Source of the DNA: an uncultured delta proteobacterium
Lineage (GTDB): Bacteria > Desulfobacterota > Binatia > UBA9968
Assembly: GCA_963728565.1 (NCBI GenBank)
Contig: CAVSLC010000013.1
Coordinates: 320,001 to 384,000 of the forward strand
DNA length: 64,000 bases
Direction: 5' to 3'
Each line of letters starts with the position of its first letter. Within the stretch, counting starts at the first letter, position 1. The position numbers and the translations under genes are program-made. Below, piece by piece: positions 52,972 through 62,825 of this stretch. The notes beneath the pieces are model-generated. The model was not told the origin of the DNA and ran no database searches. It saw only the letters and a program-made list of their open reading frames with translations.

Positions 52972-54702
52972 CTAGGCGTGATTGGCTTGCCGTAGCGCCG
53001 CAGTTTTATTGCGATCGATCTGCCATCGGTCGGGCAACTTTACCAATTCATCGAGATTACCGTTGTAACGAACTACCACACCGTACTCTCGCTCTGCCGC
53101 TTCGGCCGTTATGTAGCCTTCGATCACGTCCCACCGCACCTTTTCAGCATCGCGCTCGAATGGATGACCATAGCCGCCGCCCCCGGGTAAGTTGATGTGC
53201 ACAACATCGCCTGGTTTGAGATCGACAAGTGCTTTTGCATGAAGACGCGTTCCATCGCCCAAAAAAACCTCTCCGGTAGCTCCGGACTGACCACCCAAGA
53301 GCCCGGGCGCGGGGTAGACTGTTCGGTCGGCGATGGAACTGACACTCCATTTACCCTCGCCGCGCCGGGTGAACTCCGTCAATTGCCCGAGGCCGCCGCG
53401 CCACTTGCCGCTGCCGCCCGAATCAGGACGAAGTTGGCGGCACTGCAAAACCACCGGCGAAAGACTTTCGATGATTTCAGCCGGAACTCCGGCAACCCCG
53501 CTGGGAAAACCGACTGCATTCAAGCCATCCTTTGAAGGCCGGGCGCCGGTGCCGCCGACTTGAAACAGCGTCAAGGTAAACGGCGGATTCTGTCCTCGCC
53601 AGACGCTCAGCCAGATGGGATCGGCTCCAGGCGCCATCAAACGTCCGGGCATCGCTCCCGAGAGTGCCGCGAAAATCGCGCTGGGGATAAAGTGACCGAT
53701 TACTTGGCGGCTGGCCACCGGCGCGGGCTCCAGTGCGTTAAGAATACTTCCCGGTGGCGCGCTGACATGCACCGGCCGGAAACTGCCTTCGTTGTGCGGC
53801 ACGTCGGGACAAATTGCCGCCTTGATGGCGAAACTGGCGTAGGCATGAGTGTAGTTGAGCACCACGTTAATGCCGCGGGTGCTCTGTGGCGAAGAGCCGG
53901 TGAAGTCGATGAAGATCTCGTTTCCCTTCACCTTCACCTGGCAGCGAACCACGATCGGTTCTTCGAAACCATCACTCCAAGTTTCGTTGCTCCATTCGCC
54001 GCTTGGCAATTTCGCGATTTCCGCGCGCACTGCAGTCTCGGAACGGCGGATGATCTCGTCGGCGACAGGGTCGATGCTGTCGAGCTCGAATTCTTCCATC
54101 ATTTCAAGAAGCGCGCGGCCGCCGGCATCGTTGCAGGCGGTCTGGGCGTAGAAGTCACCGATAACTTCGTCAGGCTGTCGTACATTGGAACGAACAATCT
54201 GCATCAGTATCCGATTAGGCTCGCCCCGATCAAACAACTTCATAATCGGAATCCGTAGCCCCTCTTCGAAAACCTCGCGCGCTTCAGCGGAAAGTATCCG
54301 GCCGCCGATATCGGCGCTATGACAGGTATTCGCAAACAACGCGACCAAGCGATCCTGCTTGAACACCGGCGTGGTAATCGTGATGTCGTTGATCTGGCCA
54401 GCGGTCTGCCATGGATCATTGGTAATCAAAACGTCGCCCGGGGAGAGCCGGTCGGCTGGAAAGGCAGCGAGAAAGTGCTGCATCGATGTGGCCATTGCGT
54501 TGATGTGCCCCGGCGTGCCGCTCAGAGACTGCGCGATCATCCGCCCTTTGGTGTCGAACAAGCCACACGCCAAGTCCTGGCTTTCCCGCACGATGGTGCT
54601 GAAGGCGGTACGAATCAGCGCATCCTGCTGCTCGTTTGCCACCGAAAGAAAACGATTCCAAATCACCTCCAGAGTGATCGGATCGATGGTTTTATCCTTC
54701 AT
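52972..54702 (-). CDS. Hydantoinase B/oxoprolinase family subunit
   Basis: DPITLEVIWNR, RTAFSTIVRE, PGDVLITNDP, HSADIGG, DSGGSGKWRGG, PGGGGYGHP. Confidence 0.9.
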   Translation of the reverse strand: MKDKTIDPITLEVIWNRFLSVANEQQDALIRTAFSTIVRESQDLACGLFDTKGRMIAQSLSGTPGHINAMATSMQHFLAAFPADRLSPGDVLITNDPWQTAGQINDITITTPVFKQDRLVALFANTCHSADIGGRILSAEAREVFEEGLRIPIMKLFDRGEPNRILMQIVRSNVRQPDEVIGDFYAQTACNDAGGRALLEMMEEFELDSIDPVADEIIRRSETAVRAEIAKLPSGEWSNETWSDGFEEPIVVRCQVKVKGNEIFIDFTGSSPQSTRGINVVLNYTHAYASFAIKAAICPDVPHNEGSFRPVHVSAPPGSILNALEPAPVASRQVIGHFIPSAIFAALSGAMPGRLMAPGADPIWLSVWRGQNPPFTLTLFQVGGTGARPSKDGLNAVGFPSGVAGVPAEIIESLSPVVLQCRQLRPDSGGSGKWRGGLGQLTEFTRRGEGKWSVSSIADRTVYPAPGLLGGQSGATGEVFLGDGTRLHAKALVDLKPGDVVHINLPGGGGYGHPFERDAEKVRWDVIEGYITAEAAEREYGVVVRYNGNLDELVKLPDRWQIDRNKTAALRQANHA

Positions 54703-56767
54703 TAGTTAATTCCACCACGATCTGAAGCCGCTCATCCACCCGACGCGCGTCCCCGCGCACCGATGATCAAAGTGGACTCGCGTTCCTCGACGATCGCGGG
54801 TCCGGCAAACGTCATTCCGGCTTCAGGGCATAACGGTCATAGACCGTAGTTTCGCCATACCCGCGCGCAGAAAAGTAGGCTGCGCGCACTCCCTTGATGG
54901 CATTGCCCGCTTTCATTGATTCGCGCTGCAACTTCATATTCAGTTGCGGTTGCGGGCCCCGGGCAACCACGCGCCAATTGATGATTTCGAGCGGCACGTC
55001 AGGCCCTTTGCGGCCGTACAGCGCCTGGTAGGTATTTTCGAATGTCGCAATGACTGTCTCCAGATGCTTCACCTCCAACGTTCCATCCGGCAGAGACACC
55101 GAGACTTCGTGCCCCTGCCCCACATAACGCATGTCTGCAGTACGTTGGTACGAGATATCTTCCCCCGACACTCCCGAGCTTTCCAATACTTTTCGGCCCT
55201 CTGCCGCCATTTCGTTGAGCAAGCTGTTGGCGAATTGCCAGTCTAGCTCGTCCAGTCGACTGTATGCACTACGGACAAAATCGAAAGCTAGCGGCGCGGC
55301 AAGTAAACCGAACGTGGAGCCCACCCCGGCGCCGACCGGAGAAATCAGTGCCGGCAGCCGGAGGATCTCGGCCACTCCATAGCCATGAACCGGACCGGCG
55401 CCACCGAACGCATACATCGGCAGCCGGCGCGGATCTTTGCCCCGTTCTCCTAGATGGGCGCGCGCGGCATTGGCCATATTCTCATTGACAATCTGATGAA
55501 TGCCCCAGGCGACTTGTTCTACGGTCATACCGAGTCGCCGGCCGAACCGGCCAAGAGCGTTGCGCGCGGCATCGACGTCCAGCTGCATCTTACCGCCGAG
55601 AAAATAGCGCGCATCGAGGTAGCCGAGAATGAGATCCGCGTCGGTAACCGTTGGTTCGGTGCCACCTTGTCCGTAACAGACCGGCCCTGGATCGGCGCCG
55701 GAACTTTCCGGACCCACTTTCAGAAGCCCGAGAGAATCGATTCGCGCCATACTGCCGCCGCCGGCGCCGATCTCGATCATATCGATCACCGGAATGCGCA
55801 CAGGCAGCCCGCTGCCTTTTCTGAAACGATAGACCCGATCCACTTCGAATTCATGGGTCTTGAGCGGCCGGCCATCCTCAATCACACAAAGCTTCGCGGT
55901 GGTGCCCCCCATGTCAAACGATAGCAAATCTCGGTGACCGGAAAGCATGCCGGCCTGCGCTGCGGCGAGTGCGCCTGCCGCCGGGCCGGATTCAAGCAGT
56001 CGCACCGGGAAGCGTGACGCAGTATCTCGGGTTGCAATCCCGCCGCTCGAGAGCATGACAAAGAAGCTTCCACGAAAGCCGATCGTCTTTAACCGCGCCT
56101 CCAATTGCGCGAGATAATCAGACACTCGCTCCTGGACGTAAACATTTGCCAGGGTCGTGCTGGTGCGCTGGAATTCGCGGATTTCAGCAACGACTTCCGA
56201 GCTGAGCGATACGCGGATTTGCGGCGCGACCTCTGCAACGATTTCCCCCGTACGGCGTTCGTGAGCCGGATTGCGGTAGCTATTGAGATAGCTGATACCG
56301 ATGGCTTTGACTCCTTTGTCGCGCAACTCTGCGACCAGGCGGCGCACGAACCCTTCATCGAGCGGTTGCAACACACTGCCGTCGGCGGCGATCCGTTCCG
56401 GGACATCGAAGCGCAAGTGGCGCGGCACCAGCGGTTTAGGCAACTCCAAATTCAAGTCATAAAGTTCATAACGGTGCTCGCGGCCGATCTCGATGGCGTC
56501 GCGGAACCCCGACGTGGTAAGCAAGGCTGTGGGCGCGCCTTTGCGCTCAATCAGCGCGTTTGTCACCAGGGTCGTGCCATGAATCAAGGTGCCGCGTTGC
56601 TGGGGATTTACACTGCCGTTTTGCAGCGCCGGCTTGAGAGCATTCTCCACCGCCAGGCTGGGATCGCCCGGAGTGGTTAAGGTCTTGCCGATTACTGCGG
56701 CGCCGTCTTCACTCACCAACAGCATGTCGGTAAACGTGCCGCCAATATCGATGCCCACCCGATACAT
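54692..56767 (-). CDS. Hydantoinase A/oxoprolinase family subunit; C-terminus interrupted by two compensating indels (near 54818 and 54745)
   Basis: GIDIGGTFTD, HGTTLVTNA, ESGPAAG, DMGGTT, GAGGGS. The conserved tail GPAIVEERESTL lies in a shifted frame, then returns to frame and ends at TAA 54692. Confidence 0.88.
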
Positions 56768-56859
56768 AATTCAATACAGAAGCTGCTTGCCCAAGCCTTG
56801 GCTTCGCCAATGCTCAGGAGCAGTTTTCCTGCCTTTTTGTTTGGACCTGAATTGACTTG

Positions 56860-57879
56860 TCACTGCGCAAACAAATCCAACAAGCGTTGGGTTTGATGCG
56901 CCGCTGCCGGTCGCAGGAGAGGGATCTGCACGCCGGCATCACGGTACTGCTGCACTCGCTTTTGCACTTCGTCCGGCGTGCCGCTGGCGGTCATGCCTTC
57001 CACATAAGAATCTGGAATCGCCTTGATCAGCCCGTCCATGCCGCCCTCGGCATGTGCCTTTTCGAAAAGCGGAATGTCTTCCTTTCTAATATAGGGCTCG
57101 CCGACGCGCATTTTCGGCGCTGCGATGAACGAAATCTGCACCGGATCGAGTTTGGTCGCGACTTCCCATCTGACTGCATCGAGAGCCTTTTTATGATCGT
57201 CTTCCACCGAACAGTTGATGATCTGCGCGACTTGGAAGCGGGAAAAGTCGCGCCCGGCCTGCTCCGCCGAGTCCTTGATGATCTTTAGAGCGTTCACGGT
57301 GTATTCCGGTGAGCACACCGCGTTGAGGACAACTCCGTCGGCAATCTCTCCCGCCAAACGCAAGCCAACTGTCGCGGTGGCCGGAAGATGAATTGGGATA
57401 TTCGAACGAATCGGCTTCCATCCCAAACCGACATTATCAAAATTTACATACTTACCATGGTACGAGCACTTCTCGCCTTTGAGCAGCAAGCGAATCGATT
57501 CGACATAATCCCTTAGCACCTCCGTAGGCGTCGCCCCGACATCCTGAGGCAAGGCATGAACGCGGGCATGGCTTTTAGTGCAGGCTCCAGGGGCGATGGT
57601 CATGCGCCCGCCGGTCAATTCGTCCAATGTCGCCAGCGACTGCGCCATCACTACCGGACCGCGCAAACGAACGATTTGAGTAGTTCCTAGCTTCAGCTTT
57701 TTCGTCGCCAAGCCGATTGCGGCAAGCGAGCTCACCGAGTCGCGCATCAACTCGATGGTCTCAGAGAAAAAAGCCATCTCAAAGCCGCGATCCTCAGCCT
57801 GCTGCATGACCTCGGCCATCTCTCTGACATTGGTAAACTTGCCGTACCCGAGTGCGTAACCGACTCTACCTTGCGCCAT
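56860..57879 (-). CDS. LLM-class flavin/F420-dependent oxidoreductase
   Basis: AEDRGFE, ATKKLKLGT, MAQSLATLDELTGGR, RLAGEIADGV, GTPDEV; SD GGAGGGAG before ATG 57879. Confidence 0.87.
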   Translation of the reverse strand: MAQGRVGYALGYGKFTNVREMAEVMQQAEDRGFEMAFFSETIELMRDSVSSLAAIGLATKKLKLGTTQIVRLRGPVVMAQSLATLDELTGGRMTIAPGACTKSHARVHALPQDVGATPTEVLRDYVESIRLLLKGEKCSYHGKYVNFDNVGLGWKPIRSNIPIHLPATATVGLRLAGEIADGVVLNAVCSPEYTVNALKIIKDSAEQAGRDFSRFQVAQIINCSVEDDHKKALDAVRWEVATKLDPVQISFIAAPKMRVGEPYIRKEDIPLFEKAHAEGGMDGLIKAIPDSYVEGMTASGTPDEVQKRVQQYRDAGVQIPLLRPAAAHQTQRLLDLFAQ

Positions 57880-57931
57880 TAAAAACTCCCTCCAAGTATC
57901 GCATGTATTCCGGTGATCGGATTCGAGCGAA

Positions 57932-57972
57932 ATTATAGTCTGATTCCTAGACGAACGCGACTGGACTGTCAA
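57932..57972 (-). promoter_or_regulatory. Putative sigma70 promoter(s) of the LLM-hydantoinase cluster
   Basis: TTGACA-17 nt-TAGGAA, plus a TATAAT 12 nt further downstream. Confidence 0.45.
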
Positions 57973-58123
57973 CGCAGGGGATTTACTTGGTGGAAGAAGG
58001 CCGAACACGACGATGCATCGATTAGGCCGATGAGAGCAATGTGCAGCTTGTCTAAGAGGCCATGGGTTGGCTGCCCGGGCAAATCGATTTGGTATATGGA
58101 TCGTCCGGCCGTCGCTACATCTT

Positions 58124-59641
58124 CTACTTCACTTTCATATTCCATCCATATATACGTTCGCTCGGTAACGGCCGATAGTCGATATTTTTAGCCATGCCGA
58201 ACAGCAATTGGTGACGCCAGAGAAAATGCGCCGGTGCTTCCTCCGTAATGAGGCTCATCACCTGACCGAGAATTTTCTTGCGTTTCGCCGGATCGAAGGA
58301 TTGCCGCTCGGCGGAGAGTAGTTCGTCCACCTTCGCGTTCGAATATCCAATACGAGGCGATCCTCCGCTCTCAAAATATTGGGATAAGGCGGCGCTAGGA
58401 TCAACCACACCGCCGCGACCCATGTAGTAGAACGGCACCTTGCCATTTTGCACGTTGGCCCAAAGCGTCGCCCACTCTGGGGTCAAAAGCTTGGTCCTGA
58501 TGCCTACCGCGTTGAGCATCGGCACCATCGCCTCGGTCAGCTGTTTGTCCAACGTGTATCGCCCTACGGGAGTTTGCAGTTCTACGTCGACTCCGTTGGG
58601 ATAACCCGCTTGCTTTAGCAACTCCTTGGCTTTTTCCGGGTTGTAGGTGTACTTCGGTTGCAGATTGGGATCGTAGCCGTATTGTCCGACACCGATAGGT
58701 CCATCGAGTCGCGACGCTTCTCCGCGGAGGATCGTCTTGATGAGGGTGTCCCTATCGATCGCATAAGCCACCGCCTGGCGCACCAGCTTGTTATCCCACG
58801 GTTTGACCTTCGGCATCATCCCCAAAAACATGATTTCTGCCGTATGAAAAGTGGTGATCTTATGGTTAGGGCTTCTCTCGACTCGCTCCCGTAAATGAGG
58901 CGGCACGAACTGCGCGATCTGGATTTCGTTATTGAGCAAGGCGGTAACCCGCTGTTCGGGCTCGCGCATGATGCGAAAAACGATTTCATCAGGAGCCTGT
59001 TTGTATTGTTTCCACATCGGATGGCTGGGATCTTTGCCGATCACCAGCCGCTGCCCGGGAATTAACTCGCGAAACTTGAACGGACCGGCGCCTACCGGAT
59101 GTTGGCGATCAGCAATCTCCGGACCGTATTTGTCGTAGATCGCCTTGTTGGTAATCATGATCCGGTCGAACAGATAATCGAGCAGCGGAGCGGTCGGCTC
59201 TTTGGTGGTAATTTTCACAGTGTGCTTATCGATGACCGTCTCGCTGGCGATGGCTGCGATGTTCTGGCGCTGCTTGCTTAACGGATCGGTGCGGATTCGA
59301 TTGATTGAATGTACGACATCCTCCGCGGAGAGCGGCGCACCGTTGTGAAATTTGATATCCTTGCGCAGGTGAAAAATCCAGTTGTTGGGATCCTTAACTT
59401 CCCAACGATCAACCAATAAGCCAACCGGCTGGCCTTTGTCGAAATCATACGTGCCGAGACAACCCAACACCTGGCACCAAACGCTATACATCAGCGAAAC
59501 ACTGTCAGCGTACGGATTGAAGGTATCCATGGTTTCGGTAACGCCGATGGAGATGCGCGTCTCTGCCGCCTGAAGCAGTTGTTTCGGAGCGCCAATGACG
59601 AAGACGGCGAGAAGGACAACGGCTATCGATCGTCGTTTCAT
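58124..59641 (-). CDS. Family 5 (DppA/OppA-like) ABC substrate-binding protein
   Basis: Signal peptide, FHLRKDIKFHNG, PVGAGPFK, VRQAVAYAIDR, YNPEKAKELLKQAGY. Confidence 0.9.
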   Translation of the reverse strand: MKRRSIAVVLLAVFVIGAPKQLLQAAETRISIGVTETMDTFNPYADSVSLMYSVWCQVLGCLGTYDFDKGQPVGLLVDRWEVKDPNNWIFHLRKDIKFHNGAPLSAEDVVHSINRIRTDPLSKQRQNIAAIASETVIDKHTVKITTKEPTAPLLDYLFDRIMITNKAIYDKYGPEIADRQHPVGAGPFKFRELIPGQRLVIGKDPSHPMWKQYKQAPDEIVFRIMREPEQRVTALLNNEIQIAQFVPPHLRERVERSPNHKITTFHTAEIMFLGMMPKVKPWDNKLVRQAVAYAIDRDTLIKTILRGEASRLDGPIGVGQYGYDPNLQPKYTYNPEKAKELLKQAGYPNGVDVELQTPVGRYTLDKQLTEAMVPMLNAVGIRTKLLTPEWATLWANVQNGKVPFYYMGRGGVVDPSAALSQYFESGGSPRIGYSNAKVDELLSAERQSFDPAKRKKILGQVMSLITEEAPAHFLWRHQLLFGMAKNIDYRPLPSERIYGWNMKVK

Positions 59642-59658
59642 AAACCCTCCGTGGAACT

Positions 59659-60636
59659 TTACTTCCATAGCTGTTTATAAAATCCCTGGCTATCCAACTC
59701 CTTGACGAAGCGATCGTCGTAAAAAGCTTCGGGCTTCGCGTCTTTGGCTTTAGGGTTTCTAGCCGCCGCTTGATTCAATACCTCCTGGATACCCTCGCGG
59801 GTGTTGTAGGGAATCTTCTCGACATAATCCACGGCATACTGATAAACAGCATCGACGATTTTTGGATCCGTCGCCCGCGTAAACCTCCTGATTGCTCTGC
59901 GACTGAGATCCGGGTCGCTGAAAAGTTTGGCGACTCCTTCGGAATAGCCCTTCATGAAGCGGCGAATCAGATCTTCGTTCGCATTGATATAGGACCGGCT
60001 TGCCATCCAGGCGTCATGCGGAAAGTAGATTCCCGCTTTACCCATATTCATCAACACACGAGCGCCCGCTTCCTGTGCTCTTAAGTTGGCCGGGCTGGAA
60101 AACGGGGCGGCGACAATGGCCTTGGTCTTCATCATCGCGGCGGCGGCGAAGATATCGCCGGTTTGGACCATGGTAACGTCACGGTCGGGATTCATGCCGT
60201 GTTTACGCAGCAGATAGCGCATTGTGAAATCCGTTGAAGATCCGAACCGGGTAACGGCAACGGACTTGCCGCGCAGGTCCTCAATCGATTTGATCTCCGG
60301 CAGCGCCATAATATAAAAAGCGGGCACTTTGGCTAGAGCACCGATCATCACAATATCCGCGCCCGCCAGAGCAGCATCCACCGCAGCATTGCCGGCGGCT
60401 CCTGCCAGGGGTAAATCACCTCCCAGCATTGCCTGGACCATCTTGGATCCCGAGGTGATCAAAATAAGATGCGGCTGGATATTGTATTTTTCGAAAATTC
60501 CCGCCTCTTCGGCAACCCACAACCCCGCTTTGATGCCGGTGATCGCGGTATAGCCGATGGGCAGATTATCTCTCGCTGATGCTGAGGCAACCGAGGCAAT
60601 AAGAACGACCAGCAATACATACACTATTTTAATCAT
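59659..60636 (-). CDS. NitT/TauT (NMT1-like) substrate-binding protein
   Basis: Signal peptide, LWVAEEAGIFEKY, IKSIEDLRGK..AVTRFGSSTD, FVKELDSQGF. Confidence 0.88.
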   Translation of the reverse strand: MIKIVYVLLVVLIASVASASARDNLPIGYTAITGIKAGLWVAEEAGIFEKYNIQPHLILITSGSKMVQAMLGGDLPLAGAAGNAAVDAALAGADIVMIGALAKVPAFYIMALPEIKSIEDLRGKSVAVTRFGSSTDFTMRYLLRKHGMNPDRDVTMVQTGDIFAAAAMMKTKAIVAAPFSSPANLRAQEAGARVLMNMGKAGIYFPHDAWMASRSYINANEDLIRRFMKGYSEGVAKLFSDPDLSRRAIRRFTRATDPKIVDAVYQYAVDYVEKIPYNTREGIQEVLNQAAARNPKAKDAKPEAFYDDRFVKELDSQGFYKQLWK

Positions 60637-60726
60637 CTGTCTCTTCCTTGGACGCTGCTAGGAGGGTAATCGAACCCCTGGTTAGTAGGTATACCTATGC
60701 CGATGTGACGAACCACGCTGACGCGG

Positions 60727-60756
60727 ACCTTATCAACTGGCGGAAAGAAGTGTCAA
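60727..60756 (-). promoter_or_regulatory. Putative sigma70 promoter of the SBP pair
   Basis: TTGACA-18 nt-TAAGGT with extended -10 TG. Confidence 0.55.
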
Positions 60757-60820
60757 GCTGGCTGGGCGAATGGTAGGGTCGACAACCAACAGCAAATTCG
60801 CATCAAGTAAGCGCTATTTC

Positions 60821-61054
60821 TTAACGGCTTTTGATGATGACGCCGCACTTCTCGCAGCGGTATCGGGCAACGCCGCTCTTTTCCTCGACCAGTTCCTCAA
60901 ACTCGTATTGCTTTAATCCCGAGGTATCGAAACATTCCGGACAGAAACCATCTTTCAAATCGTCGCGCGGAAGGGTCAAATGACACTGGCGGCAGCGCAG
61001 TCGACTTGCAGGCTCAGGCAGCAACTCGAGCGTGGTGTGGGAGCAGGATGACAT
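60821..61054 (-). CDS. Small Cys-rich putative double zinc-ribbon protein
   Basis: CSH, CRQC, CPEC and CEKC in 77 aa; GGAAGA before ATG; 23 nt after the ABM gene. Confidence 0.7.
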   Translation of the reverse strand: MSSCSHTTLELLPEPASRLRCRQCHLTLPRDDLKDGFCPECFDTSGLKQYEFEELVEEKSGVARYRCEKCGVIIKSR

Positions 61055-61077
61055 TCTTCCAGGTGTAGACGTCTGAT

Positions 61078-61383
61078 TTAGCTCTTCTCCGACTGCTGGA
61101 TGACTTCGTGCATTTCGAAGACATTAGGGCCGGCAAATATTTCGGCTCGCGGCCGGTTGCGGTGCGCTTCCTGAAACTCTTTGCTGTCGGTCCACCGTCG
61201 AAAGGATGCCTCGTCCTGCCAGTGGGTGAGCACGATGTAGTAGTCGCTCTTGATCGGCCGCAAAATCTCAAGCCGAATGAACCCAGGCATTTTGTCCACT
61301 AGTCCCGCTCTACCGGCGAATCGTTCTTCAAATTCTTTTTCGCAACCCTGGGAGACCTGAATTCGATTCGATACTACGAGCAT
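61078..61383 (-). CDS. ABM-family monooxygenase, IsdG/HmoA heme-degrading type
   Basis: SNRIQV (Asn), FEERF..R, MPGF, FRRWTDS.EF..AH (Trp, His); SD GAGGG before ATG 61383. Confidence 0.85.
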   Translation of the reverse strand: MLVVSNRIQVSQGCEKEFEERFAGRAGLVDKMPGFIRLEILRPIKSDYYIVLTHWQDEASFRRWTDSKEFQEAHRNRPRAEIFAGPNVFEMHEVIQQSEKS

Positions 61384-61842
61384 AATTCCCTCTATTGTGA
61401 TTAATCCGGGATCCCCGTTTAAAAGCTGAGCGAGGGGCAAACCTGGAGAAGCGGAGACATCCGAGTGTTCAGTTCAAAGTCTTTTTTGACGCTTGCCTCG
61501 CTGCATCTATTTGTTTGACGCCGTTACGCATGGCAATGACAGCTGTCGGCCCCGCAGAGGTAGAAACGCATTGTCCGCGCTGCGGAAGGGTTGCCTCCTC
61601 GATCAAGGATTACTCCTTCAACTGCAAAATCCAGGTTGATGCGAAGATGGAAATCGAACGGGCGAACTGTCACAGTCATAGCCGCTTTTTAATAACTTTT
61701 CAAAATCTCCTGACTAGAGCTGCCGCCGTGTTTTTGTGCAGATTGTTGGGTGTGGCGATCTGATACAGCAGAAGGGACTCTCCGATCGCGTGAAGGAACC
61801 TGCCTGCAAGAGAGTGCGAAAGTGACGCCCGGAAGATGGCCC

Positions 61843-62652
61843 CTACCTCGCGGAGATCGCCGGTCGATCGCGCAATACGTTAGTAACGGCTACTGAGCGG
61901 GCCAGAACTTTTAACGCGTCCAGCCCTACCTCTAAGGCGATGCCGGGAATAGCTCGGTAACGGCGCGTTATTCTGTATTCTGTATCACCCAATTCCGTTA
62001 ATAGATAATTTTGCGCCGCGGCAATCGCCCCTCTTTGCGCCGCCACCATTTCTTTGCTGAGAGGCCCTTCCGGGCTCCATGGTGTTTTCAAACCGACTAG
62101 CACAAGGACTGCGCCTGAGTTCGCTGCCTCGATGAAAAGCTCGGTTGGAACCACTCCAGGATTCAGCGGCGGGTCTTTAACCGGCGTCTTCGTCGAGGTT
62201 CCCTCGATTTCTCCCGGGGATGCCGCGGGGTTGATCGGGCGATCGGGCAAGACATTGCTGACGCTGTTGGACTTCCTGAGCACCGCCAATGCATCGTTCC
62301 CCACCTCCAAGGCGATCCCGGGAATGGAGTCATAAACGCGCACAATCCTGAACTCGGTGCCGGATAACTGGGCAAGCAGATCGTTCTGGGCAAATCCAAT
62401 GGCCTGACGCTGGGTGACGATCTCATTCTCTGTTAGCGACCCTTCTAGGGTCCAGGGAACGTTTAGGCCAACGAGCACAAGTATCTTTCCGGCATTTGCC
62501 GCCTGATTCACAAGTTCATTTGGAACTTTGTCGATCTCGGCCGACGCGATGACGGGCCAGATACAAAAGGCGGCGACAAAAATTAGCAAGGACCGCTCAA
62601 CCGGAGATCTGCTGTAGGCTCGGTTTCCCATGTTCGGTTTCTCGCATCGCAT
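61843..62652 (-). CDS. Secreted protein with two tandem 97-aa propeptide (inhibitor I9)-like repeats
   Basis: Hydrophobic signal ending ASA; residues 43-139 and 168-264 align ungapped (57/97 identical by hand count) around a Pro-rich linker. Confidence 0.75.
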   Translation of the reverse strand: MRCEKPNMGNRAYSRSPVERSLLIFVAAFCIWPVIASAEIDKVPNELVNQAANAGKILVLVGLNVPWTLEGSLTENEIVTQRQAIGFAQNDLLAQLSGTEFRIVRVYDSIPGIALEVGNDALAVLRKSNSVSNVLPDRPINPAASPGEIEGTSTKTPVKDPPLNPGVVPTELFIEAANSGAVLVLVGLKTPWSPEGPLSKEMVAAQRGAIAAAQNYLLTELGDTEYRITRRYRAIPGIALEVGLDALKVLARSVAVTNVLRDRPAISAR

Positions 62653-62825
62653 CGATACAACCGCAATCGGATTGAGAAATTACCGCAGTAGAGTATTGTG
62701 CGCAATCGATTTTTTCAGTGAGATATGCCTTCGCCTCCACCGGCCATGACGAACCAAGAACGTGAGGCGGTGGCGTGCTTTCTTGTTCATCAGAGAGATC
62801 TGCTGTTTTCTATCTCTGCATCAAC

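Noticed and set aside
53560-56680. Long plus-strand ORFs (up to 232 aa)
   Set aside because: Antisense shadows of the GC-rich hydantoinase genes.
60649-60682. GGGGTTCGATTACCCT...CCA resembling a tRNA T-arm
   Set aside because: No acceptor, D or anticodon arms can be formed; it lies in a 5' UTR.
61431-61470. GGGCAAACC resembling the start of a c-di-GMP-I riboswitch
   Set aside because: Lacks the GNRA loop and GACGCAAAGC continuation, and is on the strand opposite the adjacent gene.
61515-61763. 82-aa plus-strand ORF with CPRC
   Set aside because: No clear SD, only one CxxC, and no family resemblance.
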